From an uncultured Pelagibacteraceae bacterium (GTDB lineage Bacteria; Pseudomonadota; Alphaproteobacteria; Pelagibacterales; Pelagibacteraceae), in assembly GCA_902619495.1 (NCBI GenBank), contig CACNEM010000003.1, positions 48,854-112,853 of the forward strand: a DNA stretch of 64,000 bases, in the 5' to 3' direction. Of the stretch, positions 19,331-28,232 are shown in pieces. Both the position numbers and the translations under genes were made by a program. Within the stretch, counting starts at the first letter, position 1; each line of letters begins with the position of its first letter. The notes beneath the pieces are model-generated. The model searched no databases, was not told where the DNA came from, and saw nothing but the letters and a program-made list of their open reading frames with translations.

Positions 19331-19909
19331 TTATAAATTTCGCACTAGTTTTCTTACTTTTTCCATATGTGAATTAAATTTTTCTTGTGTCATACCTGGT
19401 AAAACCTCATAAAATCTTATGTAGGTTGTTTCCATTCCACCAAGCTTTAAAACTCCTGCTTTAATTCTCCTAAATGGAATATTTTGAAACCAGGTTTGAA
19501 TTGAAAACCAATTTCCACCGTAAGACATCGACATTATAGCCTTTCTACCTTTCATCGCACCTGCAACAGGGTAACCCCAATTGCCAACAAGTTTTTTAAA
19601 AGAGAAAAACCATTTAGGAGCTAAAGTTAAATCAATCCAATTTTCTAAAATTGCAGTTGCTCTCAGATTATAACAAGGTGAAATCATAAATAATACATCA
19701 CTAGCTTCTAGTCTTTTTCTATAATCTAAAATTTGATCATTAGGGCCAGAACCATCAAAAAAAGGGATCGGTTTTTCCTCATGTAAATTAATTAAATCAA
19801 TTTGATAACCTAATTTTTTTGCTTCTTCGATAAAAGTATCTCTTACGGAAGCATTAAATGATTTTTTAATGTCGTGATGGCCGTAAACAATAAAAATTTT
19901 TTTAGACAT
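19331..19909 (-). CDS. NAD(P)H-dependent oxidoreductase (flavodoxin-2/KefF-like)
   Basis: YGH...SFNAS, SP.Y...AILENWID. Confidence 0.8.
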   Translation of the reverse strand: MSKKIFIVYGHHDIKKSFNASVRDTFIEEAKKLGYQIDLINLHEEKPIPFFDGSGPNDQILDYRKRLEASDVLFMISPCYNLRATAILENWIDLTLAPKWFFSFKKLVGNWGYPVAGAMKGRKAIMSMSYGGNWFSIQTWFQNIPFRRIKAGVLKLGGMETTYIRFYEVLPGMTQEKFNSHMEKVRKLVRNL

Positions 19910-19911
19910 CT

Positions 19912-20067
19912 TTATTTGTCTATATCATTTTTTTCATTTTTTCGTATTAGAAATCCCGAACCTATCCCCACTGCAATGGCTGATATTACCCAAGAGTATT
20001 CTTGTTCGCTGAAAAGCACTAATAGACCAAAACCTATTATGATTACTCCTAAAAGCTTATTATCCAT
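19912..20067 (-). CDS. 51-aa two-TM small protein (MDNKLLGVIIIGFGLLVLF...)
   Basis: Manual translation; ends 2 nt before the next gene's ATG. Confidence 0.6.
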   Translation of the reverse strand: MDNKLLGVIIIGFGLLVLFSEQEYSWVISAIAVGIGSGFLIRKNEKNDIDK

Positions 20068-20094
20068 TGACAAATATAAACCTTATATTAAAGT
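20067..20094 (+). promoter_or_regulatory. sigma70-like promoter
   Basis: TTGACA-N16-TAAAGT, implying a TSS near 20101. Confidence 0.6.
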
Positions 20095-20100
20095 TTACTT

Positions 20101-20185
20101 ACCCATCTGTCATGGGAAAAAAGACTCGGCATTCGACATGCCGGACCTATAAAGGGTTGCAAAGTCGGTGGAAATGAAAGGAGTT
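20101..20185 (+). ncRNA. structured 5' leader (candidate cis-regulatory RNA)
   Basis: Hairpin CCCAU-CUGUC-AUGGG, then GACU...AGUC enclosing CGGCAU-UCGAC-AUGCCG and a second hairpin; GC-rich relative to background. Confidence 0.6.
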
Positions 20186-20188
20186 GCT

Positions 20189-20380
20189 ATGAATAGATTT
20201 AGCAAACTGTATGGAAATTCTGCCGTTAAAAAAGCTGAGCAGAAACTCTCAATGCAGTTAAGTAAAAACCAAAAAGCCCCCGAGGCTAACGCCAATGGAA
20301 CGGCCGGTTATTTGGTTAAAAACGGAAAAAATTCCGGAAAAATTTTAAAGCATTTGAAAACTGATAAAAACCAGCTTTAA
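20189..20380 (+). CDS. 63-aa basic hypothetical protein
   Basis: SD AAAGGAG at 20177-20183, ATG 20189, own terminator. Confidence 0.75.
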   Translation: MNRFSKLYGNSAVKKAEQKLSMQLSKNQKAPEANANGTAGYLVKNGKNSGKILKHLKTDKNQL

Positions 20381-20390
20381 AACTTTTATA

Positions 20391-20417
20391 GGGTGGGGAC
20401 TTTAAAATCCCCACTCA
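20391..20417 (+). terminator. terminator hairpin
   Basis: GGGTGGGGA-CTTTAAAA-TCCCCACTC. Confidence 0.7.
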
Positions 20418-20436
20418 AGTCTTTAATATCCTCTTA

Positions 20437-21528
20437 ATGAAAAAACAAAATTTTTATGATCTTAATTTTGATCAACTAAAATCTTTTTTAATTGAAAAAG
20501 GAGAAGTTGAGCCAAAAAAAGCAAAGATGAGATCTCAACAACTTTTTAATGCAGTTTATAAAAAAAATATTAAAAGTTTTGATGAGCTTACAACATTTGG
20601 AGCTGAACTAAGAGGCAAGATCAAAGATTTGATTAGTTTAGAAAAACCAAAAATTATAGATGTTCAAAAATCTAAAGACGGGACTATAAAATTTCTTTTA
20701 GAGCTTAAAGATAAACGTAATGTTGAAACAGTCCTTATTCCGGATAAATCTCAAAGTAGATATACAATTTGTTTGTCCGTATCAGTGGGTTGTTATCTCT
20801 CTTGCGAATTTTGTGCAACAGCTCAAATTTCAAAAAAATTAGTAAGGAATTTATCACCAGGAGAAATAATTTCGCAAATAATTTTGAGTAAAGACTATAT
20901 TAATGATTGGTCAACACAGAAAAAAATAACAAATCAAGTATTGATGGGTGAAGGCTCACCTTTTTTGAATTTAGATAATGTTAAAGTTGCAATTGACAAC
21001 TCAAAAAATAAAGATGGCTTAGAATACGGAAGAACCAGGATCACTGTCAGCACTGTGGGAGTTGGAATTAAAAAAGATAATTTAGATGCAATAGAGTGGG
21101 CTGCAAATGAGTTAGATGTTTATCTTGCATGGAGCCTACATAGTTCAATTCCAAAACACAGATCAGAATTAATGCCAATAAATGATAAATATTCAATTAA
21201 TTCATTATTACCAAAATTGAAAAAATATTACGAAAAAACAAAATTACCTATTTTTATAGAGTGGATATGCTTAGATGAGAATTTGACAGATGCACACGCT
21301 AAAGAACTGATAAAGATTATGAAAAAAGTTCCTTCAAAATTAAATTTAATTGAATTTAATCCTCTTTCAAACAAAGATTTTAAACCAGCGACTCAAGAAA
21401 ATATAGATAAGTTTTCTAAAAAAATTCAAGACGCAGGTTTTCTTTCTCTATTTAGAAGAAGTAGAGGTAGAGACATAAATGCATCTTGTGGATCGCTAGC
21501 GAATAGTAAAGTTATACTAAATGGATAA
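20437..21528 (+). CDS. rlmN: RlmN-family radical SAM RNA methyltransferase (divergent)
   Basis: S.DGT.K, ETV, CxxxCxxC (CYLSCEFC), ITVSTVG, SLH, RG.DI.ASCG. Confidence 0.88.
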   Translation: MKKQNFYDLNFDQLKSFLIEKGEVEPKKAKMRSQQLFNAVYKKNIKSFDELTTFGAELRGKIKDLISLEKPKIIDVQKSKDGTIKFLLELKDKRNVETVLIPDKSQSRYTICLSVSVGCYLSCEFCATAQISKKLVRNLSPGEIISQIILSKDYINDWSTQKKITNQVLMGEGSPFLNLDNVKVAIDNSKNKDGLEYGRTRITVSTVGVGIKKDNLDAIEWAANELDVYLAWSLHSSIPKHRSELMPINDKYSINSLLPKLKKYYEKTKLPIFIEWICLDENLTDAHAKELIKIMKKVPSKLNLIEFNPLSNKDFKPATQENIDKFSKKIQDAGFLSLFRRSRGRDINASCGSLANSKVILNG

Positions 21529-22471
21529 TTTACATATTTTTTTAGGCGCTACAGTTGCAGATGCAGCGACTAGACCTCTACATTGGGTATACGATCCAAA
21601 AAAGTTAAAGAAATATATTAAAGGAAAAAAAGAAATAGTTTTTTTGAAAAAAAATAGAAGTCCTTTCTATAACATTAAAACTGGAAAGGTTTCAGGGTAT
21701 AATGACATTGGACAAGTAATGTTTCAAACATTGATTTCCTCAAAAAAAAAAACAGAAATTTTTAGAAATTTCAAAAAAAATATCATAAAACACTTCGGAC
21801 CAGGGTCAAATTATTGGAAAAATCTAAAATTAAGAAAAAAATATAAAAAAGTGAAATGGAAAAAGCCTATGAGTGGTCCGTGGATCCATCAAAATATCTT
21901 AGAGACTATACAAAATATCCAATCTAAGAAAATTATCACTGGTGGTACTAAAGTAAACGAGTCGGATGGTTATTGTGCTGCTTTACCTTATTTTCTTTTC
22001 AATGATAAAGAAAAAGAACTTAAAAAGGTTATTAAATCTGTAGCTAATTCAAGAATAAATGAAAAATATGCTTTATCTAAATTAAAGATTATAGAATTAG
22101 CTAATAAAAAAGATAGAAATCCTGTTCAATCTTTTGTTAAAAAATACAAAAAGAATAAATATTTTAAAGACGTAATTACCAATATTAAAAAAGTTTTAAG
22201 ACTAAAAAACCAAAATCATATATTGACTGTAAGAAAATTTGGGAAAGCTTGTAGTTATCCCGGTACATTTATGGGATCAATTCACGCGATTATAACATCC
22301 AACAACTTTAAATCTGCTATTATAAAAACGATTAAAGCTGGTGGTTGCAATTGTTCAAGAGCAAATTTTGTTGGAGCATATTTCGCAGCATTAAAACCAG
22401 AAAGCATTCCAAGCCACTGGATTAGAAGAACTTTGCCAGCAAAAAATATTTTGAAATATATTAATTCTTAA
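21521..22471 (+). CDS. ADP-ribosylglycohydrolase family protein
   Basis: GATVADAATRPLHW.Y, AGGCNCSRA..VGA, IP.HWI. Confidence 0.8.
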   Translation: MDNLHIFLGATVADAATRPLHWVYDPKKLKKYIKGKKEIVFLKKNRSPFYNIKTGKVSGYNDIGQVMFQTLISSKKKTEIFRNFKKNIIKHFGPGSNYWKNLKLRKKYKKVKWKKPMSGPWIHQNILETIQNIQSKKIITGGTKVNESDGYCAALPYFLFNDKEKELKKVIKSVANSRINEKYALSKLKIIELANKKDRNPVQSFVKKYKKNKYFKDVITNIKKVLRLKNQNHILTVRKFGKACSYPGTFMGSIHAIITSNNFKSAIIKTIKAGGCNCSRANFVGAYFAALKPESIPSHWIRRTLPAKNILKYINS

Positions 22472-22487
22472 TGTGGTATACTAATTT

Positions 22488-23516
22488 ATGGATTCGTTAA
22501 TCATAATTTTAGTAATATTATTAGTCATTATTAATCTCGGAGTTATTTTCTTTTTAGTAAGAAATAAGCCTGAAAAACAAATAAATCCAGAACAGGCCTT
22601 TAAAGATGAGTTTAACTCATTTAAAGAAACCTTCGGCCAATCCTTTGGTTCTATGAGCAAAGAAATTGCTAAAGATATGACTGGTGCTTTAACTAAAGTT
22701 GATGAAAAAGTTTCAGTTTTTAACCGGCAAGTAAGTGAGCTTAATAAAAGCCAAGATAATTTTAGTAGAATTTTAAGCGGTGTTAAAACATATGGAACAC
22801 TCGCAGAATTTGGATTAGGCGCCCTTCTTAAAGATTTATTACCTGCATCTCAATTTATTGCTAATGTAAAAATGAAAGATGATACATCCGAGACAGTTGA
22901 ATTTGCTATTAAGCTTCAAGATGTTTTATTACCTATCGACAGTCACTGGCCTGTTGAGAAATATAAAGCAATTGACGATGCGTACAAGGCTAATAATAAA
23001 GAGGCACAAGCTGAAGCAAGAAAAGATTTAGCTGCAGCATTTAGATTAAAAGCTAAAACAATAAATTCAAAATATATAGCTCCACCTAAAAGCACAGATT
23101 TTGCAATAGTTTATGTTCCAACTGAAGGATTGTTCTCAGAACTTTCAAGTTATAGAGATCCAAAGACAAAAGAATTATTATTGCAAGAACTCAGAACAAA
23201 ATATAAAGTTACAGTTTCAGGTCCTAATACTTTATCTGCTTTGTTACAATCCTATCATTTAGGATTTCAAACCCTAAAAGTTCAACAACATGCAACCCAA
23301 ATCTACAGTGACTTAAGAAACATAAGCTCCAGGTTTGAAAAACATTTTGATGGCATTAAAGATCTAAGAAAGAAATTAGAACAAGCCATGACTGCAACCG
23401 ATGGTTTTGGTAGAGATGCTAGATCTATAATGAATACACTTGGAAATATAAAAGATCCAGGGCAAGTAACAGACACCTTGAAAGAAAATCCAGAAAAGAT
23501 AAAAGTTCTTAAGTAA
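22488..23516 (+). CDS. rmuC: DNA recombination protein RmuC family
   Basis: N-terminal TM, K..G.L.E, LPIDS, KYI.PP.STDFA..YVPTEGL, GP.TL.ALL. Confidence 0.88.
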   Translation: MDSLIIILVILLVIINLGVIFFLVRNKPEKQINPEQAFKDEFNSFKETFGQSFGSMSKEIAKDMTGALTKVDEKVSVFNRQVSELNKSQDNFSRILSGVKTYGTLAEFGLGALLKDLLPASQFIANVKMKDDTSETVEFAIKLQDVLLPIDSHWPVEKYKAIDDAYKANNKEAQAEARKDLAAAFRLKAKTINSKYIAPPKSTDFAIVYVPTEGLFSELSSYRDPKTKELLLQELRTKYKVTVSGPNTLSALLQSYHLGFQTLKVQQHATQIYSDLRNISSRFEKHFDGIKDLRKKLEQAMTATDGFGRDARSIMNTLGNIKDPGQVTDTLKENPEKIKVLK

Positions 23517-23525
23517 ACATAAATT

Positions 23526-24947
23526 ATGTCTAACTTTGTCTTTTACGATTTTGAGACCAGTTCATCTAATAAATATTGGGGTCAAATAATTCAAATTGGT
23601 GCAGTATTAACTAATGACAATTTAGATGAACTAGATCGTTTTGATGCTAGGTGTAGATTAAGTCCTGGAATAATTCCAGAAGCCATGGCGCTGATCGTGA
23701 ATAAGACCTCACCTTCAATGCTAAAAAAGTCTAACCTCTCTCATTATGAAATGATTAGGCAGTTTGTTGAGACACTCAAAAGATGGGGTAAGGCTACTTA
23801 CATTGGGTTCAATAGCATTGAGTTTGATGAGGAATTTTTAAGGTGCACTTTGTTTCAAACATTAGAATATCCTTTCATTACAAGCACAAACGGAAACACT
23901 AGAGGAGATATCTTAAGTCTGGCAAGGGCCGCTAACCTTTATTACCCAAATACACTTAAAAATTCTGTAAACGAAAAAGGGAACGATGTTTACAAATTAG
24001 ATCAAATGGCGCCATTAAACGGAATTGAACACGGAGATGCACATAGTGCGATTGGTGATGTAATAGCAACTATTGGAATAGCGAAATTAATTTCTAAAAA
24101 AGCTCCAAATGTTTGGAAAGCAAGCATGTTAACTATGGATAAAAACCAGTCTTTAGAGTTAATAAAAAAAGAATTACTTTTTTGCACAAATGAATACTTT
24201 TATGGAAGAAGTAGACCTTATGTTCAAACTTTTATTTGTCAGCATCCTCAATATCAATGGCCATTATGTTTTGATTTGAGACATGATCCTTCTCCATATT
24301 TGGAAATGCCAATTAAAGAATTAACTTTAGCAATGAAAAAACAACCAAAATTCATTAGAACTGTTAGACATAATAAACATCCAGTAATTATGAATCCATC
24401 TTACGGAAATCAATTTGATGAGTACAAACTTATTGGTATAAAAAAATTAGAAGAAAGAGCTAAAATGATAAAAAACAACGAAGCTTTTGCGGAAAAGGTT
24501 TCCTCAGTAAAACGATTTGAAATTGATGAAAAAGAACAAACAAAGTCACAAGAAGATTTATATAATGAAGAAAGTATTTATGCTAAATTTACCTCAACAG
24601 AAGATAATAAAATAATGCCAGAGTTTCATAGTGTTGATTGGAGTAAAAAACTTCAAGTAATCTCTAAATTCAAAGATGAGAGATTACAGTACTTTGGAAA
24701 AAAACTTCTTTACATGGAAAAACCTGAAATTTTAACAAAATCTGATTTTAATTTAATTCATAAAGATATTTCAAAAAAACTTTTAAGCACTAGTAATGAA
24801 AAATGGAATACAATTCCAAGAACTTATTCAGAAATAGATACTTTAAGAGCGAAATTCGAAAAAGAAAACCAACCAGAAAAACTAAAAATATTAGACGATA
24901 TTAACGCGTACGTTGAAGATTTAGAAAAATATTATACATCTGCGTAG
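23526..24947 (+). CDS. sbcB: exodeoxyribonuclease I
   Basis: FYDFETS, GFNSIEFDEE, NGIEH.DAHSA..DV. Confidence 0.9.
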   Translation: MSNFVFYDFETSSSNKYWGQIIQIGAVLTNDNLDELDRFDARCRLSPGIIPEAMALIVNKTSPSMLKKSNLSHYEMIRQFVETLKRWGKATYIGFNSIEFDEEFLRCTLFQTLEYPFITSTNGNTRGDILSLARAANLYYPNTLKNSVNEKGNDVYKLDQMAPLNGIEHGDAHSAIGDVIATIGIAKLISKKAPNVWKASMLTMDKNQSLELIKKELLFCTNEYFYGRSRPYVQTFICQHPQYQWPLCFDLRHDPSPYLEMPIKELTLAMKKQPKFIRTVRHNKHPVIMNPSYGNQFDEYKLIGIKKLEERAKMIKNNEAFAEKVSSVKRFEIDEKEQTKSQEDLYNEESIYAKFTSTEDNKIMPEFHSVDWSKKLQVISKFKDERLQYFGKKLLYMEKPEILTKSDFNLIHKDISKKLLSTSNEKWNTIPRTYSEIDTLRAKFEKENQPEKLKILDDINAYVEDLEKYYTSA

Positions 24948-24975
24948 TTGACAAAAAACAAAAAATACTTATTTA
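24948..24975 (+). promoter_or_regulatory. promoter of trxA, probably leaderless
   Basis: TTGACA-N16-TATTTA, with ATG 6 nt after the -10 and no SD. Confidence 0.5.
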
Positions 24976-24981
24976 AAGGCT

Positions 24982-25299
24982 ATGGCATTTAAAAATTCTA
25001 CAGACGAAAAATTTAGCGACCAAATAGGTGGAAGTAAACTTTCATTAATTCAATTTTCAGCGTCATGGTGTGGTCCATGTCAACAGCTTAAACCGATTGT
25101 AGAAAAAATTTCAAATGACATGTCAGATAAAATAGATTGCTATTATCATGACATTGAAAGTCAGCCTAATGAACCAACTAAGTATTCAGTGAGAGGCGTA
25201 CCAACAATTCTTTTATTTAAAGAGGGAAGGCTTTTAGGAACAAAAGTTGGTGCTTCAAGCGAAAAAGATATGCTTGAATTTATTAAACCACACATTTAA
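24982..25299 (+). CDS. trxA: thioredoxin
   Basis: WCGPC, VRGVPT. Confidence 0.95.
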   Translation: MAFKNSTDEKFSDQIGGSKLSLIQFSASWCGPCQQLKPIVEKISNDMSDKIDCYYHDIESQPNEPTKYSVRGVPTILLFKEGRLLGTKVGASSEKDMLEFIKPHI

Positions 25300-26558
25300 T
25301 TTTTATTTAAAATATTTCCACAATTATAAAGACTACCAAAACAAACAATTAATTTTTTCTCACTACTACTTATTTTCTTTAGTGCCTCTGTAAAATTATC
25401 ACTTTTTTCTGCTTTAAATTTATTTTTAGTTGCTATTTTATAAAGTTTATTTGCTGAGACCGAATTAAATTCATTTTCAATTGGCATAGTAACAACTTTT
25501 TTGAATATTCCTTTAAGTTCTTTTATAAACAAATCTGGCTCTTTATTTTTTGTCATAGCCCAAATTCCATATTTAGGCATTTTTATATTTTTTAAATATC
25601 TCGCTAAGTTTCGTGCATCAGCAGTAGCATGTGCACCATCAATCATAATAACTTCATTTCTATTAAGCTTATTTTTAATTTTTCCCTTATTAATGTATTG
25701 AAATCGACCTTCAAAAGATAACAAGGGTAAAGTTTTTTGTATTGTTTTCTTATCAATATTAAGATCAAGAGCTACTTTTATAGCTAGGCAAACATTTTCG
25801 AACATTCCTTTAGAATAAACATTTTTCGTATTAAGTTTTATTTTAAGATTTTTATCTTGATAATAATAACAGCCTCCTTTTTTTGTAAGTTTCCACGTGT
25901 TTGGATATATAATTTTACTTGTATTATTCTTTAAATACATTTTAATTTTTTTTAAAACATTTGGCGACTGTTTACCGATATAAATATTTGTAAAATTACT
26001 TAAAAATCCGACATCTTCTTTTATAACTCCATCTAAAGTTTTTATTTTCAAAAAATTTAAATGTTGTTTATTAATGTTTGTACAAATTTGTAGCTTTGGA
26101 AAGTCATGGATATTATTTGAGTCTAGCCTCCAAAGAGCACCAGTTTCTTGAATATTATAATCAGTATTTCTTTTTGAAGCATTTATAATATAAACCAAAG
26201 TAAGACACTCATAAACTGTTAAAGGAATATTTAGCTTTTCTATCTGTTTTATAGTTTTTTTAATTTCTTTATGACTCAAGTATTTTTCTCCCATATAAAA
26301 TCTTTCTCTTATGTCTCGTAAAGAAGGTGATATATGGGTTGTTACTTTTTGATTATTAGCTTCGATGAATGATTTTAAAGATGATAAAGTAGTAAATTTA
26401 CCTGACTCACCAATTACTGATATTACATTCTTAAGTTTATTCTCTGGATGTCCTAACAAATTCAAGGCTAATTTGATCCTTTTTAGGCCAAAGTTAACAG
26501 ATTTATTAAATAGTTTATGATTAGCTAGCTGTTTGTAAAGATTGATCGACTGAGACAT
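25296..26558 (-). CDS. folC: folylpolyglutamate/dihydrofolate synthase (divergent)
   Basis: Position after accD; SP...IRERF, GRFQ, IDGAH, FGSLY. Confidence 0.82.
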   Translation of the reverse strand: MSQSINLYKQLANHKLFNKSVNFGLKRIKLALNLLGHPENKLKNVISVIGESGKFTTLSSLKSFIEANNQKVTTHISPSLRDIRERFYMGEKYLSHKEIKKTIKQIEKLNIPLTVYECLTLVYIINASKRNTDYNIQETGALWRLDSNNIHDFPKLQICTNINKQHLNFLKIKTLDGVIKEDVGFLSNFTNIYIGKQSPNVLKKIKMYLKNNTSKIIYPNTWKLTKKGGCYYYQDKNLKIKLNTKNVYSKGMFENVCLAIKVALDLNIDKKTIQKTLPLLSFEGRFQYINKGKIKNKLNRNEVIMIDGAHATADARNLARYLKNIKMPKYGIWAMTKNKEPDLFIKELKGIFKKVVTMPIENEFNSVSANKLYKIATKNKFKAEKSDNFTEALKKISSSEKKLIVCFGSLYNCGNILNKN

Positions 26559-27435
26559 TAGTCTCTTGTTTAGCTTGAGCTTCAGCTTTTTTCAATAGAA
26601 CATTTAACAATGTTCCTATAGTTGAATTTAAATATTGCCTTTCAACTATAAGATCTATTCCTCCATGATCCTTTACATATTCTGCTGTTTGAAAATCATC
26701 AGGTAAAGTTTCTCTAACAGTATCTTGTATAACTCTACGTCCAGCGAAACCTATAACACTTTTAGGTTCACCTATTAATACATCTCCCAGCATAGCCCAA
26801 GAAGCGGTCACTCCACCAGTAGTAGGATTTGTCAAAACCACAATAAAGGGAATATTTTTTTTCTTTAGTTCATTAACAGCTAAAGCAGTTCTAGACATTT
26901 GCATTAATGCAATAGAACTTTCGTGCATACGTTGGCCTCCTGAACAACTAAAAAAAATATAAGGCATATTATTTTCTATAGCGCGCTGAGCTCCAGCAAT
27001 AAAAGCTTCACCCGAAGCCGCACCAAAAGAGCCACCAATAAATCTAAAATCTTGAGCTCCAACAACAGCATCAATTCCTTTAACTTTTCCTCTAGCGATT
27101 AAAACCGCATCATCTTGACCGGTTAGTTTTCTTGCAGCTTTTAACCGATCTGTGTATTTTTTTTTATCTTCAAAGTTTAGAGGATCATCTTTTGGAATAG
27201 GTGTTTCAATAATTTCAAACTCTTTTTCATCAAAAAAAGTTTCAAATCTTTCTTTACATGTAAGTTTATGATGTTCACCACACTTAGGGCAAACTTTTAG
27301 ATTAGATTTCATATCATCTGAATAGATTAAATTTTTGCAACTACATGTAGTCCAAAGATTTGACTCTACTTTAGAAGATTTTTTTTCAAATAGGGATTTA
27401 ATTTTAGGTTTAATAAATTTTGTTATCCAATTCAT
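26521..27435 (-). CDS. accD: acetyl-CoA carboxylase carboxyltransferase beta subunit
   Basis: Zn-finger Cys, DPLNF.D, F.GGSFG, SGGQRM.E, PTTGGVTAS, GFAGRRVI. Confidence 0.96.
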   Translation of the reverse strand: MNWITKFIKPKIKSLFEKKSSKVESNLWTTCSCKNLIYSDDMKSNLKVCPKCGEHHKLTCKERFETFFDEKEFEIIETPIPKDDPLNFEDKKKYTDRLKAARKLTGQDDAVLIARGKVKGIDAVVGAQDFRFIGGSFGAASGEAFIAGAQRAIENNMPYIFFSCSGGQRMHESSIALMQMSRTALAVNELKKKNIPFIVVLTNPTTGGVTASWAMLGDVLIGEPKSVIGFAGRRVIQDTVRETLPDDFQTAEYVKDHGGIDLIVERQYLNSTIGTLLNVLLKKAEAQAKQETNVSVDQSLQTAS

Positions 27436-28232
27436 AAAATTTTATTTTTAAGATTGTACACAACTTTATCTAAATTTGTGACAGGATTTTGTCTCATTTT
27501 GAGTGAATTTGCTATGATTTTACACAACATACTGCCCACAACCAGTCCATTTGCTGATTTTAGAGAAGAAATAGTTTTATCTGTTATACCAAAACCGATT
27601 ACAAGGTTTTTTTTAGGGTTGATTCTTTTTATCTTATTATAATTCTCAAGTATTTTTTTTGGAGATACTTTTAATTTTCCTCCTGTAGTAGAAAGCATAG
27701 ATATGTAATAAAGCATTTCATGAGAGTCCTTAATAATTTTTTTCATTCTTTCTTTTGATGTGGTAGGGGACAAAAGTTGAATAAAAGTAATACTTTTTTT
27801 CTTACACTTATTTGCAAAATCTTTATTTTCTGGATAAGGGAGATCTACAATTATAAGACCATCTACACCTGATTTTTTGCAATTTTTTAAGAAATTATTT
27901 TCCCCACATTGATATATAAGATTAAAATAACCCATAAGAACTAATGGTTTACTAGGATTTTTTTTTTTAAATTTTTTTACGATGTGAAAAACATCCTTAA
28001 GTTTTGTTCCATTTTTTAAAGCACGGTATGCGCTTCCTTGTATCTGACCTCCATCTGCTATTGGAGTGTTGTGCGGAAAGCCACACTCAAGAATATCTGC
28101 ATGTTTTGAAATTTTATTTAGAATTTTCAGCGAATTATCCTTGGTATTATCACCTGCAACTGTGTAAGTAATTAATGCAGGTCTTTTTTCTTTTTTACAA
28201 ATATCAAAAGCTGTAGAAATTTTTGACTTCAT
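27432..28232 (-). CDS. trpA: tryptophan synthase alpha chain
   Basis: ILECG, P.ADG..IQ, LMGYFN, GLIIVDLP, GFGI, VVGS. Confidence 0.93.
   Translation of the reverse strand: MKSKISTAFDICKKEKRPALITYTVAGDNTKDNSLKILNKISKHADILECGFPHNTPIADGGQIQGSAYRALKNGTKLKDVFHIVKKFKKKNPSKPLVLMGYFNLIYQCGENNFLKNCKKSGVDGLIIVDLPYPENKDFANKCKKKSITFIQLLSPTTSKERMKKIIKDSHEMLYYISMLSTTGGKLKVSPKKILENYNKIKRINPKKNLVIGFGITDKTISSLKSANGLVVGSMLCKIIANSLKMRQNPVTNLDKVVYNLKNKIL

Noticed and set aside
19874-20295. ORFs 19874-20152 (+) and 20110-20295 (-)
   Set aside because: They overlap better-supported small genes and the structured leader
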